The notes beneath the pieces are model-generated. The model saw only the letters and a list, made by a program, of their open reading frames with translations. It was not told the DNA's origin and did not search any database. 64,000 nucleotides of DNA from Candidatus Kaiserbacteria bacterium (GTDB lineage Bacteria > Patescibacteriota > Minisyncoccia > Phycocordibacterales > UBA2100): positions 57 through 64,056 of the forward strand of contig JACROD010000012.1 in assembly GCA_016214605.1 (NCBI GenBank), in the 5' to 3' direction. The number at the start of each line of letters is the position of its first letter. Positions within the stretch are counted from its first letter, which is position 1. This document shows, one piece after another, positions 1 to 10,800 of the stretch. Made by a program: the position numbers and the translations under genes.

Positions 1-2987
1 GCGTCGTCAATCTCGCGGCGACCGCAAGCAGCACGAGCAGCATCACCGGCGTGCAATTCAAGCTCGACGGTGTGAACCTCGGTCCAAAAGATACGATCCC
101 TCCCTATACCGCAACATGGAACTCCGCTTCTTCCACCGGTGCATGGCATGCCATCAATGCCACTGCAAGCGATGCTGCGGGCAATGTCGCATCGACGACC
201 ATGAATCTCAAAATCCAAAACACGCCGTACCTCAGTGCGGTACCTGCTCCCGGTGCCTACAAAAGATCGCCGCAAACTATCTATCTCTCCGCAAGTACCA
301 CGATTCGCTATCGTCGTGATGGCATCGTCCCTACCTGTGCGTCCGGCAACTTATATTCGGGTGGAATAAATATCGCCACCTCCACCATCATCCGCGCCAT
401 CGCCTGCAAGGGCACCAAGGCGGCGTCGCCGGTGATATCATTTGCATACGATATATTCATACCAAGTTATTCCTATGGCGGTAGGATCGTCGTGGTTGGT
501 CCGGCAGCCGCTACATCCACGGTCCTCAGTCCGGCTGTAGCTGATCTTCAAAAGTATCTCAAGCAAATGACCAGCTTTGATTATAATAATCTTGGTCAAT
601 ATCCGGGGATTTATAGTATACAGCTCATACTTGCCAGTTCTCCGCTTGCCCCCGCAGACGCCGTCGCACAGCTCAATGGCAAAGGATTCGAAGCTTTCGT
701 CATTCGCAGCGACGCTACTCAACTCAAGATTATCGCCAACAACGAACGCGGACTTGATCACGGCATTTATTACTACCTCGAACAACTTGGTGTGCGTTGG
801 CTATTGCCAAGTAACAAGTGGACGATCGTGCCGAAAAAGTACAACGTCACGCTCACGATCGATAAGCTCGTAGAGCCGGCGTACAGTCTCAATCGCTCCT
901 ATGCCGGCACCGGCGGCTTCTTCAGCTACGCCTTTGGTCGTCGACATGTCGGCTCAGGGATATTTGCCGCAGATACCGCCGACTGGCAACGTCGCCTGCG
1001 TTATAGTCGCGAGTATCACCTCGGTAAGGCGATGGGAGAAGCATTTATCACAACAAATGTGACCACCCTGCAAGCTCACCCTGAGTATCTGGCAAAGATC
1101 GACGGCAAATACTCACCGCTCTATCTCCCAAACGGCAATCTCAATGTCACTGCCAAGATCAATGCCGGCAATCCGGAGGCGGTCAACTATTATTGCGACT
1201 CGATCATGAAAGGGTATCGCGCTGCACGCAAGGTCTTGGGCGTGGCCGCGACCACCATGTCCGTCGAGCCTTCGGATGGTACGGGAGAGGGTAACAATGT
1301 ATCCGAGCTCGTGGCTGCCGGGGTAGGCGATGGCTCGTCGAGCGATCAGGAATTTTTCATCATTAATGCTTGCGCCCGCAAACTCAAGGCGGAATTTCCG
1401 GATGCAAACGCGATCACACTCGCGTATGCCGCCCATGCCGATCCGCCTACGTTCCCACTCGAGTCCAATGTCTTCGTCCAGCCGGCGTTTGCTTTTCGCA
1501 TAGGTCCCAAGACAGCGAATCTGGACGGTGATCAATGGGTTGCTTTGTGGAGTACCAAAGTGAGCACGATGGGCATCTACGACTACTGGTCCATTCCCGA
1601 TTGGACTCATGATGAGCCCTCATTCAATTATCTGACCGTTGGTAGCATGATACGTAACTTTTATGCTAAAAAGATCAAAGGCATTAATGCCGAATCCACC
1701 TACAGTATGGGCGCTATGGGTATCGGCCACTATGTCGCCTCGCACGTCATGTGGGACACGACGATCGATGATACAAAGCTCATCGACGAGTGGTACACGC
1801 TCGCGTTTGGCCCGGCCAAAGCGCCCATGAAGCGGATGATGGAACGCTGGGCGACGAGCTACCGCCCGATCTCGGCCGAACTTGGTACTTCGTATCAGGA
1901 TATCCAGCAGGCGGAAAATCTGGCGGCCAACAATCCTGCCGTGCAAGCCCGTATCGATGATTACGCGCGCTACCTCCATTACTTGCGCCTGCGCGTAGAA
2001 CTCGTCAATGCGCAGGCGGTAAGTACGACGACTGCCAGTCCAAAGGCAACGGAGCTCGCCACGCACCTATTCAATATCGACGAGTCGCATATGGTGCAAA
2101 CGATGCGCGAATTTGATCTTCTCGTATCCCGTGGACCTGGATATCCAGAACTCGTAAATCAGTTTCATCTGCACGATCCAAATGTCGCCAATGATCCCCC
2201 CGACGGCCCCGGCTGGGCCGCTGTCCATCCGCTCTCGCATGCCGACGTGATGAATCTCATCACCGACGGTGCGAGTAAATATCCTTTGCCAGATTTCACG
2301 ATCAAGAAATATACGGGCAATCTCGTGCCGCTCACGCCTATCACATGGACGGCACCGACCACGACTGATCCATGGGGTCCTTTCATGGGGAGCGCCGGAG
2401 CATTGGATATCGATCTGCAAATGCCGTCAGAGCTCGCCAATTTTCCCTTGCGTGTCTCGCGCACGCTGGATAATGCGGTGACCATCACCAATGATGCCGG
2501 ACAAACGGTCTACACACACAATGTCATAGGCATCGCATCCACCACTGCCATGGATGAAATAAGCGTCCCGCTTTCGCCGGGACACTACAAAGTGCACTTT
2601 TTCTCCTCAGGTGGAGTAAAGGATAGTCCCTTCCAATTCAAAACATGGAAAGGTGTCCCGATCACATTGACTCGTTTTCTGGCGCCGAAGTCTTACGGTC
2701 CCACACTCAAACTGTACTTCTATGTCCCCAAAGGTCAACAAAAAGTGGTGGTGTATAAAGCAATAGGTCAATACTTGAAATTATTCGATTCGCACGGCAA
2801 AACGGTATCGACCGAAAAACGCGACGCCAATCAAGTAGTTGTCGCTATTGTGCCCTCCGGCGAGGACGGCGCGGTGTGGTCGATGAATTACCTGATGGCG
2901 CCGGATTTTCCGTCTGAAATGCTTACGACGCCGCAGACGTTCTCACTCGAACCGCAAGTCCTCATGGTGCCAAGCGATGCGAAGTAA
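1..2987 (+). CDS. Large secreted protein (5'-partial, enters from upstream of the window) with Ig-like (Big-type) and chitobiase-C-like beta-sandwich domains and an uncharacterised central domain
   Basis: The open frame continues to nt 3 (VVNLAATASSTSSITGVQFKLDGVNLG...). An Ig-like module 'VQFKLDG.NLG..DT..PY...WN.AS..G.H...A.A.DAAGN' is shared with the genes at 3005 and 7890. The stop TAA is at 2985-2987. Confidence 0.6.
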   Translation, partial: VVNLAATASSTSSITGVQFKLDGVNLGPKDTIPPYTATWNSASSTGAWHAINATASDAAGNVASTTMNLKIQNTPYLSAVPAPGAYKRSPQTIYLSASTTIRYRRDGIVPTCASGNLYSGGINIATSTIIRAIACKGTKAASPVISFAYDIFIPSYSYGGRIVVVGPAAATSTVLSPAVADLQKYLKQMTSFDYNNLGQYPGIYSIQLILASSPLAPADAVAQLNGKGFEAFVIRSDATQLKIIANNERGLDHGIYYYLEQLGVRWLLPSNKWTIVPKKYNVTLTIDKLVEPAYSLNRSYAGTGGFFSYAFGRRHVGSGIFAADTADWQRRLRYSREYHLGKAMGEAFITTNVTTLQAHPEYLAKIDGKYSPLYLPNGNLNVTAKINAGNPEAVNYYCDSIMKGYRAARKVLGVAATTMSVEPSDGTGEGNNVSELVAAGVGDGSSSDQEFFIINACARKLKAEFPDANAITLAYAAHADPPTFPLESNVFVQPAFAFRIGPKTANLDGDQWVALWSTKVSTMGIYDYWSIPDWTHDEPSFNYLTVGSMIRNFYAKKIKGINAESTYSMGAMGIGHYVASHVMWDTTIDDTKLIDEWYTLAFGPAKAPMKRMMERWATSYRPISAELGTSYQDIQQAENLAANNPAVQARIDDYARYLHYLRLRVELVNAQAVSTTTASPKATELATHLFNIDESHMVQTMREFDLLVSRGPGYPELVNQFHLHDPNVANDPPDGPGWAAVHPLSHADVMNLITDGASKYPLPDFTIKKYTGNLVPLTPITWTAPTTTDPWGPFMGSAGALDIDLQMPSELANFPLRVSRTLDNAVTITNDAGQTVYTHNVIGIASTTAMDEISVPLSPGHYKVHFFSSGGVKDSPFQFKTWKGVPITLTRFLAPKSYGPTLKLYFYVPKGQQKVVVYKAIGQYLKLFDSHGKTVSTEKRDANQVVVAIVPSGEDGAVWSMNYLMAPDFPSEMLTTPQTFSLEPQVLMVPSDAK

Positions 2988-3004
2988 TCTTGTATAATAA
3001 ACGT

Positions 3005-5935
3005 ATGATAAAGAAACTCCTCCCCGCCCTCCTTTCCGTCCTGTTCATCTTCCCGTTCTCCGCATCCGCTCTCACACAGCAAGAACGCACCACCCTCATC
3101 TTCCAGCTCGTCGCCAAAGTCCTCGAGCTCCAAAAGCAGATCGTCGCCCTCGGCGGCACGCCGATCGCAATCCCGCCAGGTCTTGCGGCACTGGCACAGC
3201 AGGGACAAAATCCCACAACACCATCGACGACTCCCAACCCTCTTGCTATTTCGTTTACCGCACCAGCCACGAGCACGGTGAGTGGTACGGTCACACTTAC
3301 GGCGGTAGCTTCAAGCACGAACGCTATCCTCGGCGTCCAATTCAAACTTGACGGTGCAAATCTCAACGCCGAAGACACAACATCACCATATTCAATATCA
3401 TGGAACACCGCATCAACGACCAATGGCGCGCACACGCTTGCCGCTGTAGCACGCGATGCGGCGGGGAACAGAGCGACGAGTACGCGCGCCGTGACGATCT
3501 CAAACGCTGCCGTCGACATGATCCCGCCAGCCGTCCCCTCGTCTCTCTCGGCGACCGTCATCTCGCAAACCCAAATCAATCTCTCATGGTCTTCTTCCGC
3601 CGATACTGGCGGTTCGGGGCTTGCAGGGTACAAGGTGTATCGCAATACTGTTCAGATCGGCACCACGACCAACACATCGTTCCAAAACACCGACCTTACG
3701 GCTTCCACTACCTATACGTATGCCGTCGCCGCATACGACAATGCAGGCAATATATCAGCCAAGTCGGCCGGCGTCTCAAAAACGACACTGTCGGTCGCTA
3801 CTTCGTTGACATCCGCTCAACAGCTTGCCGCCAAGCTACACCAGGATACGCTACCGGTATTCAAAGCGGATCACACTCTGCCGCCTCTCACACGATGGGG
3901 GTGGCAGCTCAATTACGACCTTCAAAAAGAACTCGCCGAGGAGTGGGGGTATGCACTTGACTTCGGCATGGCGACAACCTCGAGCATAAACGCGCTCCAA
4001 TCCCCGGCGAGTCTGCAATCGAGGCTGGTCGCTCTCACAAAATCCGATCCGAAACGGTATCCGATGTCGGCGCTTGTGTGGCGTGGCTATCCGGCATTGG
4101 ACCCTGCAATAGGCTATATTCACGATAGTGCAGGAAATCTCATCAAGGAGCCAATCAAAGGTGCGAATATTTTTAGTCCGCTCGCTCCCGATTCGTACTT
4201 CAAACAGGCAGGACAGATGCGGGCCAATTCGCTCAAGGGATTGGTGGCAAAAGTGCCCGTCTCCATCGTCCTCAACGGGGGTGAGGACAGCCCAAGCTTG
4301 GCGAATCCGGGTCTTTATAATGCTCAATATGAGCAGGATCCGGCCGTCGTGGCGGCTCGTGCTATCGCACCGTGGACATACCGCGATTACGGTCCTGTGC
4401 CGTGGGCCTACTACATCTCCGAACGGAAAGCCCATCAAGAGAACATTATTTCCGATTCCATCCGCGCGGCCGTGCCCAACAGAATACTCTATGTCTACTA
4501 TCCGACAGGCGGACCGTTGTACTCGCTTTGGAATGCCGATCGCGCATCACAAGAGCTTGTCGATTCTTACTGGGGATATCCATGGATGCGTGCCGTGTCC
4601 GATATGCCGTCAAATCAATATTACACAGCTATATTCAATAAAGGGTACACTGTGGATCCGAACGACCTGCTCTCGCAGATGCTTAAGTCCAAGGGATTGG
4701 AATTCGCGTACGGCGATTATCTGTCGTACAATTGGGTTGCTAACTACGGTTTTGACTCGGCGGTTCTACCCAACGATCGTTACATCGGTTTCCTCAAGAT
4801 GGCTTATGGTGCCGGCATGATGGGCGGCATCGCGGGCTACTTCTCGTATCCCGCGGATGCCTTCGGTACGAAGTGGCAGGGGGGCGCATATCCGGATTGG
4901 CTCGTGCAAATGATGGCACTCTCCCAAGTGCATGCGGCATTCAGCTGGCTAGAGCCATTGGTGCACGTCAGTGATCTTCTGCCCGGCCCCGCCATACAAC
5001 CGACGACGTTCGCGTTTCCGGCGTACGAATTCCCGACGGGTGATGCCGGTGCGCGAGTCGTCGCGCGCAGGCACCGCGGCGCGAACATCTGGCTCGTCGT
5101 CGCGTGGGCGCAGAGCGGCGATGCGCGCACGGTGAGTATCGCGATACCCGATCTTGGTACGGTATCTGTCGTGGCGCGGCCGGCTGGCAGCATCTATCTT
5201 GCGAAGCCGGGAAGCGGTTCTACGGCGATTACATTGCTTGACTCCGATGCGATGCACCCATCCATCGGAATGCAAACGGCCATCACAAACGCGGGGGGAC
5301 TTGGGAGTTCGATATCGAATAGTCCTATCGGATCAGACACTAAACCGCCGTCGGTGCGCATCACGTCGCCCAAACCGGCATCATGGCCGTGTTGGAGGGG
5401 ATCCGAAAATGCTATCGTCGCGGCGGCGGACGACAACGTCGGCGTGACGAGCGTGCAGTTCCAGCTTGACGGGGCTAATTATGGATCGCCGATCGCCAAA
5501 GCACCGTATCTTATGAGTTTGAACACGACTCTGCTACAAGATGCGCCGGGACCGGACGGGAAAGGTGTGAAGTATGCCATCACGGCAATTGCGCGGGATG
5601 CCGCCGGTAATACAAGCACGTCGGCGCCAATCACTCATTGTGTCTATAATTATCCGATCATGTCTATATTGACGCCTGCCGCGAGCTCCACTGTTTCAGG
5701 GATAGTCACACTAACTGCATCTTCAACCGGGATTACTCCGCCGGCGGTCAGAGCACAATACTACATCGATGGCAGTACGTCGCTTGGGACGGCAACGTCT
5801 TCTGCTCTATCCTATAAACTAAAATGGGACACAACCACCACTACCAATGGTCTGCATGTGGTCAAGGTTGTCGGTTCTGATTGGAGAGGGTATATAGGCA
5901 CCTCGCCCACTATCACTGTTATGGTCAAAAATTAA
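3005..5935 (+). CDS. Secreted multidomain protein: signal peptide, coiled coil, Ig-like domains, a fibronectin type III domain and a large uncharacterised domain
   Basis: The N-terminus MIKKLLPALLSVLFIFPFSASA is a signal peptide. The FN3 signature is 'PPAVPSSLSATVISQTQINLSWSSS...GYKVYRN...TSFQNTDLTASTTYTYAVAAYDNAGN'. It shares the VQF(K/Q)LDGAN...ARDAAGN Ig-like module with its neighbours. The ATG at 3005 is preferred over 2990. Confidence 0.65.
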   Translation: MIKKLLPALLSVLFIFPFSASALTQQERTTLIFQLVAKVLELQKQIVALGGTPIAIPPGLAALAQQGQNPTTPSTTPNPLAISFTAPATSTVSGTVTLTAVASSTNAILGVQFKLDGANLNAEDTTSPYSISWNTASTTNGAHTLAAVARDAAGNRATSTRAVTISNAAVDMIPPAVPSSLSATVISQTQINLSWSSSADTGGSGLAGYKVYRNTVQIGTTTNTSFQNTDLTASTTYTYAVAAYDNAGNISAKSAGVSKTTLSVATSLTSAQQLAAKLHQDTLPVFKADHTLPPLTRWGWQLNYDLQKELAEEWGYALDFGMATTSSINALQSPASLQSRLVALTKSDPKRYPMSALVWRGYPALDPAIGYIHDSAGNLIKEPIKGANIFSPLAPDSYFKQAGQMRANSLKGLVAKVPVSIVLNGGEDSPSLANPGLYNAQYEQDPAVVAARAIAPWTYRDYGPVPWAYYISERKAHQENIISDSIRAAVPNRILYVYYPTGGPLYSLWNADRASQELVDSYWGYPWMRAVSDMPSNQYYTAIFNKGYTVDPNDLLSQMLKSKGLEFAYGDYLSYNWVANYGFDSAVLPNDRYIGFLKMAYGAGMMGGIAGYFSYPADAFGTKWQGGAYPDWLVQMMALSQVHAAFSWLEPLVHVSDLLPGPAIQPTTFAFPAYEFPTGDAGARVVARRHRGANIWLVVAWAQSGDARTVSIAIPDLGTVSVVARPAGSIYLAKPGSGSTAITLLDSDAMHPSIGMQTAITNAGGLGSSISNSPIGSDTKPPSVRITSPKPASWPCWRGSENAIVAAADDNVGVTSVQFQLDGANYGSPIAKAPYLMSLNTTLLQDAPGPDGKGVKYAITAIARDAAGNTSTSAPITHCVYNYPIMSILTPAASSTVSGIVTLTASSTGITPPAVRAQYYIDGSTSLGTATSSALSYKLKWDTTTTTNGLHVVKVVGSDWRGYIGTSPTITVMVKN

Positions 5936-6220
5936 TCGGATCATCGCTGTTCACGGAGGTAGAATCTGAGCTGGTCTCATTGAGACGGTTGACTTTGAAT
6001 TAACGTGACGATGTCCCCAAGCGCCACAAAGTCGTGTTGCATATGGCAAGCGCTATCTGGACCTGCTGGTCCAGCGCTCGGTCTTGCCGCCGTCGCACCA
6101 CAAGGGCATTTCCATTTTCCTAAGAGGATTACCTCTAAGGAAAATTGGTCCAGCTGCGAAGACGGCAAAAAAGACGACAAAAAACATTCCCCCGCGTTTT
6201 GTCCGTGCTATACTTTTCTC

Positions 6221-7081
6221 ATGCAAACTCTCAAAGAAGCCATAGAAGCCGCGCATGATAGTCGGATCGCGATCGGCCACTTTAATGTATCGGATTCCAA
6301 CCAATTCAACGCCGTGGTCGCGGCGGCGGGAAGCCTCAATCTCCCCGTCATCATCGGCGTCTCCGAAGGAGAGCGTACATTCTTTGGTGTGCACAATATC
6401 GCGGTTTTGGTCGCCGCGGCTCGCGCCGATGGCAAACAGGTATACCTCAATGCCGACCACACCTATTCTATAGATGGTATCAAGGAAGCCGTCGACGCCG
6501 GATTCGACGCGGTCATTTTCGACGGCAGCCATCTCTCATTTGAAGACAATATCAAACAGACCCGCGAGGTCGTCGAGTATGCGCGCACAAAAGGCAAGGG
6601 CACTTTGGTGGAAGCCGAGGTCGGCCGCATTGGCACCTCGAGCAAGCTTCTCGATGTCCCGCCCGAAGACATGGACAAAGACCTGACGACCGCCGAAGAG
6701 GCTTCACAATTTGTCCGCGAGACTTCGGTAGATATGCTCGCTCCGGCGGTCGGCACCATGCATGGCAGGCTCAAAGGCGGTGGCGAGCCCAAGATCGACA
6801 TCGCCCGCATCGAGGTATTGCGCGAGGCCGCCGGCGTCCCGCTCGTGCTCCATGGGGGATCGGGGTCGTCAGATGCCGACATTATAGCAGCGGCCAAGGC
6901 GGGTTGCTCGATCATTCATATCAATACTGATATTCGTGTCGCATACCGCAAGGGGATAGAGGCAGCTCTGGCGGCAAATGCCGATGAAATAGCCCCCTAC
7001 AAATTCCTCGCAGAGGGGACAAAGGCTGTCCAAGACATGACTACCAAATACCTCCGTCTTTTTGCGGGAATACAAGAATAG
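6221..7081 (+). CDS. fba: Fructose/tagatose-bisphosphate aldolase, class II
   Basis: MQTLKEAIEAAHDSRIAIGHFNVSD...VIIGVSEGE...LHGGSG are class II aldolase motifs. The ORF-track start at 6005 is a spurious 5' extension. The ATG at 6221 gives about 287 aa. Confidence 0.85.
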   Translation: MQTLKEAIEAAHDSRIAIGHFNVSDSNQFNAVVAAAGSLNLPVIIGVSEGERTFFGVHNIAVLVAAARADGKQVYLNADHTYSIDGIKEAVDAGFDAVIFDGSHLSFEDNIKQTREVVEYARTKGKGTLVEAEVGRIGTSSKLLDVPPEDMDKDLTTAEEASQFVRETSVDMLAPAVGTMHGRLKGGGEPKIDIARIEVLREAAGVPLVLHGGSGSSDADIIAAAKAGCSIIHINTDIRVAYRKGIEAALAANADEIAPYKFLAEGTKAVQDMTTKYLRLFAGIQE

Positions 7082-7125
7082 AGCAGATTGTTGCATTTTT
7101 GCTCAAATCCCGTATACTTTCGCCC

Positions 7126-7752
7126 ATGTTAGCACTTGAAGTACAGGTACGTGATCCGAAGGAAACTCCGGACGAATTGCGCGCGCGAGGTATCGTGCCA
7201 GCTGTTATGTATGGCCACAATGAGCCCGCCCAGTCTATCTCGCTCAATGCCGGGGTCCTGGAGGGGGTCTGGCGCGATGCAGGCGAGACGACCGTGATCA
7301 CGCTTAAGGGCCTCAAGGACGATAAGGAGACCCTGATCCACGATGCCCAGGTGCATCCCGTTACAGGTAAGCTTATGCATGTGGATTTCTTGGTTCTCGA
7401 AAAGGGCAAGAAGATCGAGATCTCCGTCCCGCTCGAGTTCGTCGGTGAGGCTCCGGCTGAGAAGGCGGGCCACTCCCTCAACAAAGCCCTCCACGAGATC
7501 GAGATCGAGGTCGCTCCGGCTGAGCTCCCGCACAGCCTTGAGGTAGACATCTCATCTCTCACCGAGATCGGTGATCACCTCACTGCCGCACAGATCAAGC
7601 TCCCACCGAGCGCCACCCTCATCACCGACCCCGAAGAATTCGTCGTATCGGTCACCGGCCACGAAGAAGAGCCTGCTGAAGAGGCCAAGACCGAAGAGGC
7701 CGCACCGGCAGAAGACGAGGCCCCGGCCGCTGAGGCCGCGACTGCCGAATAA
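7126..7752 (+). CDS. rplY: Ribosomal protein bL25 (general stress protein Ctc form) with an acidic Ala/Glu-rich C-terminal tail
   Basis: ...RARGIVPAVMYGHNEP...VHPVTGKLMHVDFLVLEKGKKIEISVPLEFVGEAPA is the L25/Ctc beta-barrel plus C-terminal domain. The ORF-track start at 7099 is a TTG. The ATG at 7126 fits the L25 N-terminus. Confidence 0.85.
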   Translation: MLALEVQVRDPKETPDELRARGIVPAVMYGHNEPAQSISLNAGVLEGVWRDAGETTVITLKGLKDDKETLIHDAQVHPVTGKLMHVDFLVLEKGKKIEISVPLEFVGEAPAEKAGHSLNKALHEIEIEVAPAELPHSLEVDISSLTEIGDHLTAAQIKLPPSATLITDPEEFVVSVTGHEEEPAEEAKTEEAAPAEDEAPAAEAATAE

Positions 7753-7771
7753 TCATTGCGTAGTTAAAGAA

Positions 7772-7808
7772 GAGAACGCGTAGTCGAGAGGCTGCGCGTT
7801 CTCTTTTT
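7772..7808 (+). terminator. Rho-independent terminator after rplY
   Basis: GAGAACGCG ... CGCGTTCTC is a 9 bp stem, followed by TTTTTAT. Confidence 0.7.
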
Positions 7809-7889
7809 ATCCACATGCGATCAAGGAGTCATATCCACCAGCAAATATCATATATAATGAAGAGACATTACTGTAATTATATTTGTCAC

Positions 7890-10800
7890 ATGCCTATGCC
7901 ACGCCTAAGGTATCCTGCCGCCCTTTTATTTGGTGTCGCATTTGTATACCTCCCGCAGCTTGCTCTCGCTGCGACACTCAGTCCCGGTGCCGACTGTGTC
8001 ACAGGCCAGACCGCACCAAAATCAGAATATTCTATCAATGTTCCTTCACTTCCGTTGGGTGGGTATGCCGCCAATTCGCTCTCAACAGATTTCACCAATG
8101 CCGCCGGATCAGTCGGTGCCAATACGTATTGGACGGCCTCATCGACCAAGTATCTCGTTCCGACTAATCAGGCACAATTCGTGCTCGCTTCCAAATATTG
8201 CTCACGCGATGAGGAGGTCGAGACGTGGATCCGCGCTGGTCGCGTGTACCTGCGCCTTACGCCTGACGGAAGAGGTGTATTTTTTGATATCAATCCAAAC
8301 ACGACCAACGGAACGCTTATCGTCGGAATCGCGACAAGCACGACCGAAACGCAGTACTATCCCGGCTACAGTCGGTACCTCTACTCCAACGACAACATGG
8401 TTGGAACGATCCCCGGATATTCAAAGACAGCGACCGATGCGCAGCGATTTATCTTCGGTGTCGAAGGATTCGACATGTATGCGAAGTTCAACGGCGTCGA
8501 GTTTATGCGCATCAAAGATTTTCATCACATGGCACCGGGTCGCATGGCTATCAAGACGCCGGCGGGATATGGCGTCCGCTCCACGACGGTCCGTAACTTC
8601 TCCAATAAAACGTTCCTAAGCGATCTGGTAGCCGGCATCTACGATCCGCGCGACTTCGGCTTCCGCTCCATCCAAACGACCGGTTCCATCAGTGCCGGCA
8701 GCAACACACTCACGCTCGCGGGCCCGACATCCTTTACCGTCGGCGACTTTGTGATCGTGGAGATCGGCAAAGAGCCGGGCGCCGGCATGCGCGGTACCAA
8801 GGGAGTCGGCGGCACGTGGCCTGCGAAATCCTACCCGGACCTCACCACGATGCAGGCGGATACGTCGCAGATCGATGGATTGTATGCCTGGCGCGAAGAT
8901 ACCGGAGATGTATATAAATTCGCCACAGCCACATCTTCGTGGGGAAGTGCTTACTCATGGTACACGGCCGGGACGCCCGCATGGGGGCTTGATCGGGCCG
9001 CCAAAAATTATTATTCCGCCAAGGCAATCCCACGTGCACTACAGGCGCGTGTCACGGCTGTAGCCAACAACGGCGCCACACTTACCCTCGACAAATCCGC
9101 TACTGTCTCCGTCTCGGGTGCGAATGTCTACCTTGATGTCGCTCCGATACTCAATTTTCTCGTCGGTACGGACAACTGGTACAAGTTTGGCGGCGTCCCG
9201 GGAGACCTGACCGCACTTGTTCCTCTCAATATGCGAACAGTCCTCCCCGCTGGCTCGTATGCGGTCGGCGGTGCCATCATCACCGGCGGGCAGCGATCGA
9301 ATAATGTCCTATACGGACAAGGATCAAGTACTACGATGCTCTTTAGCCCCAAAGGCGTGCCCTCGGCTTCGATTTGGCTCAACGGCTCAAACAACATGGT
9401 GCGCGATCTACGTCTCGTCGGCAATACGGGCTTGAACGGATTCGGTATCGCCTGGCCCACCACGATCATTCCGTGGGGATATGGTCCATCGGGGCTTGAA
9501 GTGTCATATACAAGCCCTGGTGTCGTCACCGAAACAGTGATTCCGCAAGGGATGGGCTGGCCCTTCGGCATCTTGATGTACGGGAGTAATCTCATTGTGC
9601 AGGACGTCAAGGTAGACAATGTATGGCAGGACGCGGTTGGTGCCAGCTATTGCTATGGTTGCTGGGCGCATCGCGTTGAAAACACGCAGACCGATCCTTT
9701 GCAGAACTATATTCAGTGGCAATTCTTGTGGAGTGATGCGGTTGGTGGCGGGTGCGTCGATTGCATCGTGAAAAGCGACTGGCTTATTGCGGGGTTCTCA
9801 ATCGTCAAAGGCAACGGCGTGCAGTTCATCCGCCCCAAGGGCATCAATGCCACCTTCGAGGTGAATTCATCCGGCAATTTCCTCTATCAGGATCCCGAGA
9901 CGGTGATCCAGCCGATGCGTCAGTCTCCTTCGTTCTCGTCGAACGGGTACATCATGAATATCAATACCAACATGGACAATGCGCTTCCGGTCGAGCAGCG
10001 CGACAAACGCAACGCTGCGGGTGGCAAGATCATCAACCCACACTTCATCGTAGAGGGTCCGATCAATACCAACAATAATGGCCTCAATGCGATCGCTATA
10101 GGGAACTGGGCTCCCAATGTCACTGTCCAGGGCGGCTATATCGAAGGGCCGAATTGGAAGTCGCCGAGCACCATCAATACGCCGGTGGGGGTGATCTCGC
10201 AAGGTACGAGCACTATTGTCGACGGATTGCGCGTAGTAGGTACCGTCAATCCGGCCCTCTTCCCCAAAGGGAACATTATGCTCTTTAAAGATGGGGTTGC
10301 CCGGAATTGCATAGCGGACCTGATCATTCTCTTCGACAAAACAACAAAGAAAGAAAACTGCATGACAAATGCGGAGTACCTGGCGAGTAAAGCGCCCAAG
10401 ATCACCATCACCATACCATCCAATAGCAACGTATCGGGTGCCATTACTGTAGCGGCGTCAACGACCGGCGCCAATCTGCAAGGAGTGCAGTTTTGGCTCG
10501 ATGGTGCGAATCTTGGCTCCGAAGATACCATGGCGCCATACAGCGCCGGGTGGAATACCGCAAGTTCGACCAATGGTATCCATACGCTTACGGCAATCGC
10601 GCGCAATGCACTGGGACAGCAAGCGAGCAGCACCGTAAGCGTACATGTTGCCAATGCCTCTCCGGTAGCGGGCGTTGTGTGCGGGAGCACAACGATCGCG
10701 CCAGTCGCAGAATACGGCGTGCCCGTCTCGCTACTGCCGCTGGGCAGCTATGCGACCAGTTCGCTTTCGGCGTATTTTGAAAATCCTGCCGGAATCATCT

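Noticed and set aside
6005-6220. ORF-track 5' extension of the aldolase gene (MTMSPSATKSCC...)
   Set aside because: The aldolase homology begins at MQTLKEAIE (ATG at 6221). The extension is Cys/Pro-rich junk with no RBS.
5936-6220. A 285 bp spacer upstream of fba with a CTGGACC tgc GGTCCAG hairpin, considered as SRP/6S-like RNA
   Set aside because: No SRP domain IV consensus or 6S-like extended helix is recognisable. It is more likely a promoter/5' UTR.
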